From Bacteroidales bacterium (lineage in GTDB: Bacteria > Bacteroidota > Bacteroidia > Bacteroidales > B18-G4): a stretch of 56,497 nucleotides of DNA. Under the pieces are notes generated by a model that worked only from the letters and a program-made list of their open reading frames with translations, was not told where the DNA came from and searched no databases. The DNA lies in the NCBI GenBank assembly GCA_029942245.1, contig JAOZTN010000004.1:1-56497 (forward strand). The letters run 5' to 3'. The translations under genes were made by a program, and so were the position numbers. Positions 35,717 through 46,403 of the stretch are shown here, piece by piece; positions within the stretch are counted from its first letter, which is position 1, and the number at the start of each line of letters is the position of its first letter.

Positions 35717-37533
35717 TCCTTTTCAATCAGGTTTCCATTGATCATACGTTCTTCCAGCCACGGACGTATGGTTTCGCCCCTAAGGTATTTTTCAATCAGC
35801 AAGGTGGCAATAGGTGCGGCCCAGGTTGTTCCATAGCCGGAGTTTTCAACGATGACCGATAAAGCAATTTGCGGATTATCATAAGGAGCAAATGCAATGA
35901 ACATGGAATGGTCTTTCCCATGAGGATTTTCTACAGTACCGGTTTTACCACACATTAGCAGTGAGTCGACTTTGAACCACCTGGCTGTACCATTTTCCCC
36001 TTCAAATACATCAAGCATCGCGTTTCGGATAAAGTCAAAGTGCTCAGAAGAGACACTTGTATATTGTTTTTCAGTATAGGCTGCAATGGGATTTTCTTGC
36101 CCCCCAACAGCTTTTAAAATATGTGGGCGGTAGTAATATCCAGTATTGGCGATGATAGCCGATAAATTGGCAAGCTGTAAAGGTGTAATCAGGATCTCCC
36201 CCTGTCCGATACCCAGTGACCGAATGGTTAATGCCCGCCAATGGTTTTTGCTATAAATCTTATCGTAATACGATTGGGTTGGTATATTTCCTTTGAGCTC
36301 AAAGGGGATATCGGTATCGAATCGCTGCCCGAAACCAAAGCTCATTACATGATCACGCCAATGCTGGAAACCAACTGAATCGTGACCGTAAGCGGGATTA
36401 CTTATGATTGAGCGAAATACCTTCCAGAAATACGGGTTGCAGCTATGTTGTATGGCGGCATTCAGCCGGAGCGGTGTTTCATGATAATGTGAACATCTGA
36501 TGGGGCGGCTTTCAGGGCCGTCGCAACTATACTGGCTGGAAGGGAAAAGAACAGATTCCTGCAATCCTACCAGGGCATTCACCATTTTGAATGTCGAGCC
36601 CGGGGAATAGGTCCCCATAATTGCACGGTTTATTAAGGGCTTCAGGGTATCATTGTTCAGTTTTTTATAGTTTTCGCTCCTGATACGCCCAACCAGCAGG
36701 TTAGGATCATAGGCGGGAGCTGTTACCAGCGCCAGTATCTCTCCGCTCGAGGGCTCAAGCACCACAATGCTACCGATCTTATTCTGCATCAACAGCTCAC
36801 CATAGGCCTGTAGCTGAGCATCTATAGATATCTGGAGGTTCAGGCCTGATACAGAAGAAGTGTCGTACTGGCCATCAGAAAAAGAGCCTTTTTCACGATT
36901 GAATACATCCACCATCACCACACGGAGGCCCTTCTCACCCCGAAGCTCTTCCTCATAGCCCTTTTCAAGGCCGCTCTTGCCAATATAGTCACCCTGTGTA
37001 TAATATTCATCTTTGTTCAGGTCGTTGTTGTTCACCTCCCCTATATAGCCGAGAAGATGTGCTGCCACGGGTATTGGATATTTTCTAAGGGTTCGTGCCT
37101 GTACGTAGAAACCGGGATACTTGTATAACTTTTCCTCCAGGTAGCCATAATCTTCACGAGAGATTTGCTCCAGAAAAAGCGAAGGCTTGCGATAAGAATA
37201 TGCTTTTGCTTTCTGAAGTCGCTTATCAAAGGCTTCGCGTTCGAGATGCAGAAGAGCACATAACTCCGTAGTATCAAAAGCCTTAAGCTGACGAGGAACG
37301 ACCATGAGGTCATATGCTGCTTCATTATAGACCAGTAGTTCGCCATTCCTGTCATAAATAAGCCCCCTGGAAGGATATTCTGTGATATATCGAAGCACAT
37401 TGTTTTCGGCAGACAACTTATACTCGTTGCTTAATACCTGAAGCATGAAAAGGCGAATGGAAAAGAGGATACCGACCAGCAGAAAAACTGCGATAATTAT
37501 ATACTTACGGTTTTGATAGTCGGTAGATATCAT
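35713..37533 (-). CDS. mrdA: penicillin-binding protein 2 (elongasome transpeptidase)
   Basis: 606 aa with an N-terminal anchor, a PBP dimerisation domain, and the motifs SxxK (GSTFKM) and KTG (GKTGTV). Confidence 0.9.
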   Translation of the reverse strand: MISTDYQNRKYIIIAVFLLVGILFSIRLFMLQVLSNEYKLSAENNVLRYITEYPSRGLIYDRNGELLVYNEAAYDLMVVPRQLKAFDTTELCALLHLEREAFDKRLQKAKAYSYRKPSLFLEQISREDYGYLEEKLYKYPGFYVQARTLRKYPIPVAAHLLGYIGEVNNNDLNKDEYYTQGDYIGKSGLEKGYEEELRGEKGLRVVMVDVFNREKGSFSDGQYDTSSVSGLNLQISIDAQLQAYGELLMQNKIGSIVVLEPSSGEILALVTAPAYDPNLLVGRIRSENYKKLNNDTLKPLINRAIMGTYSPGSTFKMVNALVGLQESVLFPSSQYSCDGPESRPIRCSHYHETPLRLNAAIQHSCNPYFWKVFRSIISNPAYGHDSVGFQHWRDHVMSFGFGQRFDTDIPFELKGNIPTQSYYDKIYSKNHWRALTIRSLGIGQGEILITPLQLANLSAIIANTGYYYRPHILKAVGGQENPIAAYTEKQYTSVSSEHFDFIRNAMLDVFEGENGTARWFKVDSLLMCGKTGTVENPHGKDHSMFIAFAPYDNPQIALSVIVENSGYGTTWAAPIATLLIEKYLRGETIRPWLEERMINGNLIEKE

Positions 37534-37565
37534 AGGGTTTTCTCTATCTACAAAATTAGGAGAAA

Positions 37566-38000
37566 TTATTTTGTACCGCTATGACCAAAGCCACCGGCTC
37601 CGCGGGAGGTTTCATTTAGCTCATCAACCTGGCTCCATTCTGCGTTTTCGTGGCGGGAAATAATCATCTGCGCAATTCGCTCTCCATCCTCGATCAGGAA
37701 ATCTTCACGGGAAAGATTGATCATGATGATCTTAATCTCCCCCCTGTAGTCGGCATCGATCGTGCCCGGGGTATTTACCAGACTGATTCCCTTTTTAATG
37801 GCCAGGCCGCTGCGTGGCCTGATCTGAGCCTCAAAACCTTCAGGGAGTTCAATGAAAAGCCCTGTAGGGACAAGTATCCTATCCATAGGCTTCAGAAGGA
37901 TGGGCTCATCGATATTAGCCCGGAGGTCCATACCGGCCGATAAGGCAGTTTCGTATGAAGGAAGAGGATGCTTGGAGTTGCTCACGATGTTTATTTTCAT
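37566..38000 (-). CDS. dut: dUTP diphosphatase
   Basis: 144 aa with [22 protein letters not shown] and a C-terminal GGFGHSG. Confidence 0.95.
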   Translation of the reverse strand: MKINIVSNSKHPLPSYETALSAGMDLRANIDEPILLKPMDRILVPTGLFIELPEGFEAQIRPRSGLAIKKGISLVNTPGTIDADYRGEIKIIMINLSREDFLIEDGERIAQMIISRHENAEWSQVDELNETSRGAGGFGHSGTK

Positions 38001-38017
38001 TGGGATATAATTTTATT

Positions 38018-39511
38018 TTATTTGAATTCTGCCTTGTATTTATTTTTTTCAAGAAGCACTGCCATGATGAGGAAAATAATCATGTAAAGCAGGTGAACAG
38101 CATATTTGACCATTCCCTCTTCGAGTGGAAAATAAACGGACAAAAAGTAAAGCCCGAAAGCAATCATAAAGTAGAAAAATATATTACGCAGATCATAATT
38201 GATCTTATAAAATTTCCTGCTTCCGACAAACGACAGCACCACCATGGTAAAGTAACATGCCAGGTGTGCCCAGGCTGCACCGGTATATCCATATTTAGGA
38301 ACGAGTAATACATTCAGTACAATCGTAATGATTGCACCCAAAAAGGCAATCATGGCCCCGAATTTTGTCTTGTCGGTCAGCTTATACCAAACCGAAAGAT
38401 TGTAAAAGATCCCCAGCAATAAGTTTGCCATCAGGACGATAGGAACGATCGCCAGTCCGGATCTGAAATCAGGTCCGATAAAATATTTAAAGATGTCGAT
38501 GTAGAGGGTTACCAGGAGGAAGATCAGCAGGCAGAAAATGATGAAATATTTCATCACCGAGGCGTATAGCCTTTTAGCATTTTCTTCCCTGGCGTGAGAA
38601 AAGAAAAATGGTTCGGCTGCATAGCGAAACATCTGTATAAAGAGCGTCATCAACACCGCGAGACGATAGTTTGCTCCATAGATTCCCAGTTGGCTTAAAA
38701 TGTAGTTATCCCGATTTATTACATTTTCCGGCACGCTTATCAGGAATTTGAAAAGGACCTTATCAGACACCTCGTTAACCATACCAAATAAACCAAGGAG
38801 AAGAAGTGGATATGCATACGCCAGCATTCTTTTCAAAAGTGAGGGATCGAAGGAATACTTGATCTTGAAAATATCGGGTAAGAGGATGAGAAGCGTTAGC
38901 AGGCTGGCGATCAGGATGGAAATAAAAGCATAACCAATGCCAATATCTGCACTGTAGATAACATTAAGGATGGATTCAGGATTGTCTTTCAGGAACCATG
39001 GACAGAACAGGAGGAAAAAGAAATTGAAAAAGATGTTAGTAGCCACATTGAAGACCTTGATCCATGCAAAACGGAACGCTTTATTTTGTTGTCGCAGCCG
39101 GGCAAAAGGAATGGAAGCAAAGGCATCTGCTCCAACAATAATCGCGAAATATATGATATATTCGGGATGGCTGGGGTAGCGTATCAGTGCAGCGATCTCA
39201 GCTGAGAACATCAAGGCCAGCAGGATAAAAAGGGCCGAGGTGACAAAGAGAGAACTCAATGCTGTTGTAAAGACACTGTCCTTATTCTTTTCCGATTGTG
39301 CAAACCTGAAATATGAGGTTTCCATCCCGTAGGTCAGCAGTACAAGCAGGAAGGCAACATAGGCATATAACTCGGTAAGTACTCCGTATTGTCCTTCAAG
39401 AAAAATGCGTGTGTAGAATGGTGTTAAAAGGAGATAATTAAGCAGGCGGGGAACGATGGTACCCATGCCATATACTACTGTCTGACCGGCTAATTTCTTT
39501 AAGGGTTTCAA
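38018..39511 (-). CDS. MOP-superfamily polysaccharide/oligosaccharide flippase (Wzx-like)
   Basis: 497 aa with about 12-14 TM helices and an N-terminus LKKLAGQTVVYGMGTIVPRLLNYLL typical of the family. The start codon is TTG. Confidence 0.8.
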   Translation of the reverse strand: MKPLKKLAGQTVVYGMGTIVPRLLNYLLLTPFYTRIFLEGQYGVLTELYAYVAFLLVLLTYGMETSYFRFAQSEKNKDSVFTTALSSLFVTSALFILLALMFSAEIAALIRYPSHPEYIIYFAIIVGADAFASIPFARLRQQNKAFRFAWIKVFNVATNIFFNFFFLLFCPWFLKDNPESILNVIYSADIGIGYAFISILIASLLTLLILLPDIFKIKYSFDPSLLKRMLAYAYPLLLLGLFGMVNEVSDKVLFKFLISVPENVINRDNYILSQLGIYGANYRLAVLMTLFIQMFRYAAEPFFFSHAREENAKRLYASVMKYFIIFCLLIFLLVTLYIDIFKYFIGPDFRSGLAIVPIVLMANLLLGIFYNLSVWYKLTDKTKFGAMIAFLGAIITIVLNVLLVPKYGYTGAAWAHLACYFTMVVLSFVGSRKFYKINYDLRNIFFYFMIAFGLYFLSVYFPLEEGMVKYAVHLLYMIIFLIMAVLLEKNKYKAEFK

Positions 39512-39621
39512 TGCAGGAAATCGTCTTTAGATGCAAATGTAAAAATGAAAATCAAACGACAGCTTTATTCATGTCAGAAGTTAATAACAGGACAACAAAT
39601 GGTAGAACGAAAAAAACGGCC

Positions 39622-42600
39622 TTAGCGATATACCGGAAGATGGATAATAAATACAGCACCGGTATCCGGTGATGACTCAAAGTTAATCTCTCCACCAGCT
39701 TCCTCGATAATACTACGGACCAGTGCAAGACCAAGGCCCATCCCGCTGGATTTTGTAGTGAAGCTTGGAGAAAATATCTTATCCATCATCTCCGCTGGTA
39801 TGCCCGGACCATTGTCTGCGACACGGATAAGGTAGTTATTTTGCTCCCTGTCAAGGGTAATTTGTATAACTCCTTTTTTGTCCTGTCCAATTGCCTGTAC
39901 AGAATTTTGGATCAGGTTGTTGAACACCCTGATCAGCTGTGTTTTGTCTGCCAGCACATGATATGGGGGCTCGGGAATGGATTTAAAGGAGAACTGAATG
40001 TTTTCCATATCAGAGAATAGATCAAGGGACTTTTTTATTGCCCCTGAAAGATCAATCCGCTCCTCTTTCTTTTGTGGCATTTTGGCAAAATCAGAGAACT
40101 CTGATGCTATAGCAGAGAGCGTGTCGATATGCTCTATGATGGTCTGAGTAAAGCGATGCAGGCGTTCCTCCCAGTCTTCTGATTTTTCATCCCATGCCTT
40201 TTGAAGGTATTGCACGCTGAGCTTCATCGGGGTAAGGGGGTTTTTGATTTCGTGGGCAACCTGTTTAGCCATTTCACGCCAGGCACTTTCACGTTCGGAC
40301 TTAGCCAGGAGATCGGCAGAGCGGGACAGCTCATCAATCATTCTGTTATATTCGGCTACAAGGGTGCCGATCTCATCTTTTCTCGACCACTTGATCTTTT
40401 CGTTGCTCCCACTGAGCGAGAGGCTGCCCATTTTATCGCGTATCAACTGAAGGGGCCTGGTAATGTACCTTGAGATCAGGACAGCCAGGAAGATGGCCAC
40501 AGCTATCAATAGAACATATACATTCAGAAAGGCATTCAAAAAGACTGATATTTCATTTTGGAGCTCCGTTTGCCGGGCAAAATATGGTAGGTTCAGGTAG
40601 GCCACAACCTTGTTTTCTGCATTTCTGAAGGGTACGTAAGCAGAAAAATAATCCTGATCACCAATCGTTTCGGTATGTATGAATAAGAGCTTCTTGTCCA
40701 GGGTAAGGATACGGTAAGCAACCGAATTCATTTTTTTGGAAATAAGCTGCTTTTGAAAGATCTCAGGTCGGGATGATGCCAACAGATTACCCTGGAGGTC
40801 GTATAGGTTAATATCAGAGAAAAAGACCTTAGAAAACTTGATCAAAAGGCTTGTAAGGTATTCTTCCATCTCCCCGGTGAGCTGCTCCTCTTCGGAAAGC
40901 TTATGTTCCAGTTCAATTAATACAGAATGTGTTTTCTCCTGCAGGATATCTTTGTTTTTATCGGTATTAAGATTGATAACATAGCGTACGGAAATGATAC
41001 CAACAATGACGAAAGATATAATGATGAGGGAAATGATATATAGCTGTAACTGGTTGCGGAAATTTATTTCAAATCCCATGCGGGAGAATGGAACTTTCAC
41101 AATAATGTATACCAGCAATACAAAGACCGTAAAAAAGATAAGGAGGTATGAGAAGGGTGCGAGAAATTCAAGGAATCCTGCTGTGTCCCTGCTTATGATC
41201 AGATATTCATCCTCGTCGATCCTCGACACATAATGGTATGCGTTATTATGGATGAAGAATTCTCCGCTGATAAGATCACCGTATTTACTGATGTTGGTCC
41301 TGTAGGTGTAGTCACCATATTTAAACAGGAGTTCATCATTGGCATAGCGGGCATATGAATAGTTTTCGAGCCCGGTGAAAGTTTTTATCTGTTCATCGAT
41401 AAGGAGCTCCGGATATCCCAGGCCTCCTTCCGGGATAAAGAAGGAGAAGAGTTCAATGAATACCCTGACCGTATCATACCCATCGCCAAATATATAATCC
41501 TGCGCAGAGATATAGTTACTCATGCCGGCCGCATTATTATAGCGAAACTGTCCATTGCCGAGGGCGGGCTTTCCTATACGTCCGACAATATCTTCGAAAT
41601 AGTCATAGCAGTTCACAACATATTCTTCCGGCTGAAGGATCAGGTCCCTGCCGGGGGTGCAAATGGTCACCATCCATTCATATTTTCTTAGCCTGTCGGA
41701 GAGATAATTGTCTTCAATATATGTAATGGCCTGGTCTTCCCTGTCAAGGTCATATGGAGAGACTGAGAGCAGGGAAAGCAACTGAGAGTCTGCTTTCATT
41801 TCGTCCACTACTGTGAGCAGCATATATTCTGTTAGTGGATCTTCACCGCTTGCCAGGTCGATGGCCAGCAGCTTACGTTGCTCAGCCTCTTTATGTCCAT
41901 TATATGTTGATAGTACGGCAGTACTCAATATGGCAAAAAGAAAAAGGTATAAAAGTACGCTTGAGAAACCGACCTTATTAAGGTCAGGTAGTGACTGGAC
42001 CTGGAAAAAGAATGCGATCACATAAACAAGCAGTGGGATGAAGAGCACAAGTTCGCAGTCATGAATGAAAACACAAAGCAATGTGTATATGGCACTGGTC
42101 AATATGAAGAAAACAAAATATACGACAAAATGATGCCTGGAGTATTGAAAAGCGAGGCCAAGAATACGATAAGAGACCAGGAAAAAGCTGAACAGGAGAA
42201 GGGTGAGTACAAAAAATGCAAGGAAAGAGTCAGCATTCAGAAAAAAGATCTGGTTCAGGTTCATGGAGTATGATGCATCCATGATCAGGCTGTTGACAGC
42301 CCACAGGAACAAACGGTAGAAAATGAATATATGCAGGAAGAGCGAAAAGATCAGGAAATATCGCCTGAAAAGGGAAATCTTACTTTTAAGCCTGATGTAT
42401 CTGTAGGTTATAAAGAGAGCATAGGCAATGACCATGATGGCAAGCGCGTTGAAAACGAAGTCACCTATGGACGGGATCCAGTCAGATGCTGCAAAGGATC
42501 CCGGCTTAAACAGGTATGAATCGTGTAGGTTACGCGGTACATTAAAAATAAACATGAGCAAGCGCAGAAGTACTACATCAACACTGAATGCAAGTACCAA

Positions 42601-43332
42601 TAACAGTTTTGAACGCAGTATACCCCCCAGTCGCAGGTATAACTGAAATAAGGAAGCACACAATGATACAAAGGCAAGCGCATAGAGGGCAAGAAGTATC
42701 AAACTCGGTACTTTTTCCGGTGTTGTTTTGAGGGGCGGCTCAATAGAAAACAAAAATCCATGGCTGTTTTTGACATTATATGTACCGGGCTGGAATGAAA
42801 TTGTGGTTGATGATGGAGCGCGGAAAGGGGGATGAAAACGGTTATCCAAATATATATTCTGATAAGGGTAATTGTGTTTGATCAGAAACAGGCCTGAAAA
42901 TCGGGTATTCGCAACCAGGGTGTCCTTGTAGAAATAAATGCCATTGGCCAGTTCCAGAACACTGGTTTCTCTACCAATCATTGCATCAAGATGTGTGAGC
43001 GGCACAGAATTATCCGACCAGTATACCAAGGAGTCATTCAGGAATTTGAAAAAATAGAAATCTGATGGGTGATTCAATGATTCCCGGATAAAAGTATCCG
43101 CGGCCATGCTATTGGATATATATTTTTCTCCGGCAAGGGAATTCAAATAATCTGACAGTTGCTTTTCCGTATTTTCAAAATCTCGTTGAAAATTTTGAAA
43201 AATCTTTTCCGGATAATTTCTGTGGACGACACGCATTTCATATATAACAGATGTTAATATAAAAATAAGTCCAACTGTCAGATAGAAGAGGACTCTTTGT
43301 GTCAACTGCCTGTTTTTTGTCTTTCTTTCCAC
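39622..43332 (-). CDS. very large polytopic sensor histidine kinase (HAMP-HisKA-HATPase C-terminus, orphan)
   Basis: 1236 aa with a GTG start and many TM helices in the first roughly 500 aa plus further TM pairs. The C-terminus has H-box VAHEIKNPLTPM, N-box NLIQNSVQA, and DNGPGIP and GMGLGLA. Confidence 0.85.
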   Translation of the reverse strand: MERKTKNRQLTQRVLFYLTVGLIFILTSVIYEMRVVHRNYPEKIFQNFQRDFENTEKQLSDYLNSLAGEKYISNSMAADTFIRESLNHPSDFYFFKFLNDSLVYWSDNSVPLTHLDAMIGRETSVLELANGIYFYKDTLVANTRFSGLFLIKHNYPYQNIYLDNRFHPPFRAPSSTTISFQPGTYNVKNSHGFLFSIEPPLKTTPEKVPSLILLALYALAFVSLCASLFQLYLRLGGILRSKLLLVLAFSVDVVLLRLLMFIFNVPRNLHDSYLFKPGSFAASDWIPSIGDFVFNALAIMVIAYALFITYRYIRLKSKISLFRRYFLIFSLFLHIFIFYRLFLWAVNSLIMDASYSMNLNQIFFLNADSFLAFFVLTLLLFSFFLVSYRILGLAFQYSRHHFVVYFVFFILTSAIYTLLCVFIHDCELVLFIPLLVYVIAFFFQVQSLPDLNKVGFSSVLLYLFLFAILSTAVLSTYNGHKEAEQRKLLAIDLASGEDPLTEYMLLTVVDEMKADSQLLSLLSVSPYDLDREDQAITYIEDNYLSDRLRKYEWMVTICTPGRDLILQPEEYVVNCYDYFEDIVGRIGKPALGNGQFRYNNAAGMSNYISAQDYIFGDGYDTVRVFIELFSFFIPEGGLGYPELLIDEQIKTFTGLENYSYARYANDELLFKYGDYTYRTNISKYGDLISGEFFIHNNAYHYVSRIDEDEYLIISRDTAGFLEFLAPFSYLLIFFTVFVLLVYIIVKVPFSRMGFEINFRNQLQLYIISLIIISFVIVGIISVRYVINLNTDKNKDILQEKTHSVLIELEHKLSEEEQLTGEMEEYLTSLLIKFSKVFFSDINLYDLQGNLLASSRPEIFQKQLISKKMNSVAYRILTLDKKLLFIHTETIGDQDYFSAYVPFRNAENKVVAYLNLPYFARQTELQNEISVFLNAFLNVYVLLIAVAIFLAVLISRYITRPLQLIRDKMGSLSLSGSNEKIKWSRKDEIGTLVAEYNRMIDELSRSADLLAKSERESAWREMAKQVAHEIKNPLTPMKLSVQYLQKAWDEKSEDWEERLHRFTQTIIEHIDTLSAIASEFSDFAKMPQKKEERIDLSGAIKKSLDLFSDMENIQFSFKSIPEPPYHVLADKTQLIRVFNNLIQNSVQAIGQDKKGVIQITLDREQNNYLIRVADNGPGIPAEMMDKIFSPSFTTKSSGMGLGLALVRSIIEEAGGEINFESSPDTGAVFIIHLPVYR

Positions 43333-43458
43333 CTAAATATCAGTAAATCAGTTAATTAGATGCCGGGTTAAAATTAGCCTCCCTGAGGCGTGATTTCCTT
43401 TCCTGAGGGTCATTGTCCCATTCAAGGGTTATCGTTTGCCAGGAGGGCTGAAAATGCC

Positions 43459-44352
43459 TTATTTCGACTTTTTAAAGATATAGATTAAACTTGAATAATT
43501 TCTTTTACCCCCCAATGCTGCCAGGTTAGAAATTAACCCCAAAATCATCGCGCTAAAAAATTTGTTGGATCCATGTTTATATTTTTCGCTGAGCAAGGAA
43601 ATATAGAATGAATCAAAAATCATTGCTTTTGTTTTTATATGTTCAAATCCATGTTTGGACATTAGCGCCTTAATCGTTTTCGGGTTAAAATGATAAATGT
43701 GTCTGGGTACATCATAGGCTGCCCAATATGGGCCATATCTTTTTGCGTCGTACGAATTCATGTTGGGCAGTGCTACAATTAGCGTGCCGTTGGCATCGAG
43801 CTTATCATGGAATGCAGCAATGCGGTCTTCCAGCGGATATACATGTTCAAGCACATGCCACAGGCTGATACAGTCGAGACTCGAGTGGTCAATCCCATGA
43901 AGCCCTGCCTCATCATGAATTTTTAATCCGTGCGTATTAATGGCTTCTGTTCTTGCAAGTTCATTTGGCTCAATTCCGATAACCGACCATCCGGAAATTT
44001 TCATGGTCCCCAGGAAATCCCCGGTTCCGCAGCCATAATCGAGAAGCCGTTTGCCTGAAACATATTTATTAAGGATCCTTCTTTTTGATTTGAGGGTATA
44101 GGATCGGGCAAAATGAAAAAGACGGTTTACTAAACCCCTGGAGGTTTTGGAATGCGATATGTAAGCGTTAGAATCATAGTATTTTAATGATTCTCCGACA
44201 TCGGGTCTCGGGTTGGTAAAGCAAAATCCACAATCATTACAGCTTGAAATGCTAAAGCTTGTTTGTGTTACAAAATGATCTTTGCAATCCAAAAATGTAG
44301 AAATAGATTTGGAATTGCATATAATACAGCTGTTTATGTTTTCCTGGGCCAT
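43459..44352 (-). CDS. class I SAM-dependent methyltransferase with N-terminal Cys4 zinc-ribbon
   Basis: 297 aa with CIICNS...CNDCGF and SAM motif I LLDYGCGTGDFL. Confidence 0.85.
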   Translation of the reverse strand: MAQENINSCIICNSKSISTFLDCKDHFVTQTSFSISSCNDCGFCFTNPRPDVGESLKYYDSNAYISHSKTSRGLVNRLFHFARSYTLKSKRRILNKYVSGKRLLDYGCGTGDFLGTMKISGWSVIGIEPNELARTEAINTHGLKIHDEAGLHGIDHSSLDCISLWHVLEHVYPLEDRIAAFHDKLDANGTLIVALPNMNSYDAKRYGPYWAAYDVPRHIYHFNPKTIKALMSKHGFEHIKTKAMIFDSFYISLLSEKYKHGSNKFFSAMILGLISNLAALGGKRNYSSLIYIFKKSK

Positions 44353-44368
44353 AGTTTCACGTGGAACA
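44352..44368. repeat. 17-bp direct repeat copy 1 (TAGTTTCACGTGGAACA), near-palindrome centred on CACGTG
   Basis: Identical to 44480-44496. It starts at the first base of the methyltransferase ATG. Confidence 0.9.
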
Positions 44369-44385
44369 AAGGGTCAAAGATAAGA

Positions 44386-44420
44386 GATTATGGATTATTA
44401 ATTATGGATTATGGATGAGG
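44386..44420. repeat. degenerate heptamer array GATTATG GATTATT AATTATG GATTATG GATGAGG
   Basis: Read directly: 5 units, period 7. Confidence 0.85.
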
Positions 44421-44449
44421 AATCGAGAGGTATAGGTTGCCACCCAAAG

Positions 44450-44477
44450 CCTAATGCCTATCGCTCAATGCCTAACT
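44450..44477. repeat. degenerate heptamer array CCTAATG CCTATCG CTCAATG CCTAACT
   Basis: Read directly: 4 units, period 7. Confidence 0.8.
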
Positions 44478-44479
44478 TG

Positions 44480-44496
44480 TAGTTTCACGTGGAACA
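44480..44496. repeat. 17-bp direct repeat copy 2 (TAGTTTCACGTGGAACA)
   Basis: Identical to 44352-44368. It lies 8 nt after the mnmG stop codon. Confidence 0.9.
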
Positions 44497-44504
44497 TTAC
44501 TGGG

Positions 44505-46376
44505 TTAACTACCCAGGTAAATGGCCAGAACAGAAATATCAGCAGGAGAGACTCCACTGATACGTGCTGCCTGCCCAATGGTTCTTGGGCGGATCTTGTT
44601 GAGTTTTTCGCGGGCCTCGAATGAGAGGGAGGTCAGCTGTTGGTAGTCGATATCGTCTTTGATCACGAGATTTTCAAGTTTTCCAAGTCGGTTCGCCAGG
44701 TCTCTTTCCTTGTCTATATAACCCTGGTATTTAATCCGGATCTCTGCTTGTTCAATAATCTCATCGTTGATACCATCCAATGATCCGATAAAGCCTGACA
44801 AGCTTTCAATACCCCTTATCAGGTCTCTGAAGTGAAGTTGTGGTCGCAGTAGAAGGGAGCCGACCTTCACTTTTTGTTTTAAAGCATCTGTCCCCTTCTC
44901 GGCAAGGATGTGATTCACCTCTTCCGGTGAAGCGCTTTCCTTTTTGCAAAAGCGGATGATCTGCGTTAGCAGCTCTTCTTTGTGAAGCACCTTGTCGAGC
45001 CTGGATTGATCTGCAAGTCCTATTTCGTGTCCCCTTGGAGTAAGACGCAGATCTGCATTGTCCTGCCTGAGAAGGATACGATATTCAGCACGGGAAGTGA
45101 ACATGCGGTAGGGCTCATCTACACCTTTTGTTATAAGGTCGTCGACCAACACTCCTATATAGGCTTCAGCGCGGCCAAGAATGAAATCTTCATCCTTGTT
45201 CAGTTTACGGTGAGCATTGATACCGGCAATTAAGCCCTGGGCCGCTGCCTCCTCATATCCCGTGGTGCCATTGATCTGCCCGGCAAAGTACAGGTGTTCC
45301 ACGAGTTTTGTTTCCAGTGAATATTTAAGCTGCTCCGGTGGGAAATAATCATATTCGATGGCATAACCCGGACGAAAGACCCTGGCCTGTTCGAATCCAG
45401 GAATCAGGCGGAGCGCCTTATATTGTACTTCTTCCGGCAGGGAGGATGAAAAGCCATTCAGGTAATACTCGATGGTGGTCCATCCCTCCGGCTCTACAAA
45501 GAGCTGATGCTTATCCTTGCCGGCAAAGCGATCGATCTTATCCTCGATCGATGGACAATATCTTGGGCCAACTCCCTCTATCCTTCCGGTGAACATGGGA
45601 GAAAACTGAAAACCCGTGCGCAATGCATCATGCACTTTTTTGTTTGTATAGGCAAGATAGCAGCTGCGCTGCTTCTTTAATACAGGTGTATCAGTAAAAG
45701 AAAACTTCGAGGGTGTTTCATCGCCGGGCTGTTCTTCCAGCTTTGTAAAATCAATGGTCCGCCCGTCAATTCTTACAGGGGTACCTGTTTTCATGCGATC
45801 GGCTGAAAAGCCCAGGTCCACCAAACTTTCTGTGATCCCCATGGAGGCAATCTCACCCATCCTTCCTCCTGAGATCTTTTTCTCACCTATATGGATGATC
45901 CCATTCAGGAATGTTCCGTTGGTGAGGATGACGGCCCTGGCATCAATACGATGATCCATGGCTGTTTTAACGCCAACTACTTTTCCGTTTTCAATAATGA
46001 GAGAGGCTACCATGTCCTGCAAAAAATCCAGTCCAGGAATTTGCTCCAGCTGATTTCTCCATTCCATAGAAAAGAGCATGCGATCGCTCTGCGCACGTGG
46101 GCTCCACATGGCCGGACCTTTAGATTTGTTCAACATTCTGAACTGTATCATGGTCTTATCGGTGACGATACCTGAAAGTCCTCCAAGAGCATCTATCTCT
46201 CTGACAATCTGTCCCTTAGCAATTCCGCCCATGGCCGGATTACAGGACATCTGTGCCATATTCGACATGTTCATGGTTATCAGGAGCACGGAAGACCCGA
46301 GCCTGGCAGCGGCGGCAGCAGCTTCACAACCGGAATGACCGGCACCAACCACGATCACATCATACTGACCGAACAT
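44505..46376 (-). CDS. mnmG: tRNA uridine-5-carboxymethylaminomethyl(34) synthesis enzyme MnmG (GidA)
   Basis: 623 aa with the FAD motif [15 protein letters not shown], and with [11 protein letters not shown] and [18 protein letters not shown]. Confidence 0.97.
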   Translation of the reverse strand: MFGQYDVIVVGAGHSGCEAAAAAARLGSSVLLITMNMSNMAQMSCNPAMGGIAKGQIVREIDALGGLSGIVTDKTMIQFRMLNKSKGPAMWSPRAQSDRMLFSMEWRNQLEQIPGLDFLQDMVASLIIENGKVVGVKTAMDHRIDARAVILTNGTFLNGIIHIGEKKISGGRMGEIASMGITESLVDLGFSADRMKTGTPVRIDGRTIDFTKLEEQPGDETPSKFSFTDTPVLKKQRSCYLAYTNKKVHDALRTGFQFSPMFTGRIEGVGPRYCPSIEDKIDRFAGKDKHQLFVEPEGWTTIEYYLNGFSSSLPEEVQYKALRLIPGFEQARVFRPGYAIEYDYFPPEQLKYSLETKLVEHLYFAGQINGTTGYEEAAAQGLIAGINAHRKLNKDEDFILGRAEAYIGVLVDDLITKGVDEPYRMFTSRAEYRILLRQDNADLRLTPRGHEIGLADQSRLDKVLHKEELLTQIIRFCKKESASPEEVNHILAEKGTDALKQKVKVGSLLLRPQLHFRDLIRGIESLSGFIGSLDGINDEIIEQAEIRIKYQGYIDKERDLANRLGKLENLVIKDDIDYQQLTSLSFEAREKLNKIRPRTIGQAARISGVSPADISVLAIYLGS

Positions 46377-46403
46377 AAGAATTTAGTTGAATTAGCAAAG
46401 TTT

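Noticed and set aside
43376-43449. Possible structured RNA or riboswitch between the methyltransferase and the giant kinase (AGCCTCCCTG ... CAGGAGGGCT long-range pairing, CCTGAGG direct repeat)
   Set aside because: The pairing is imperfect (8-9 of 10) with a loop of about 50 nt. It matches no riboswitch class I recognise, and I cannot assess covariation from one sequence.
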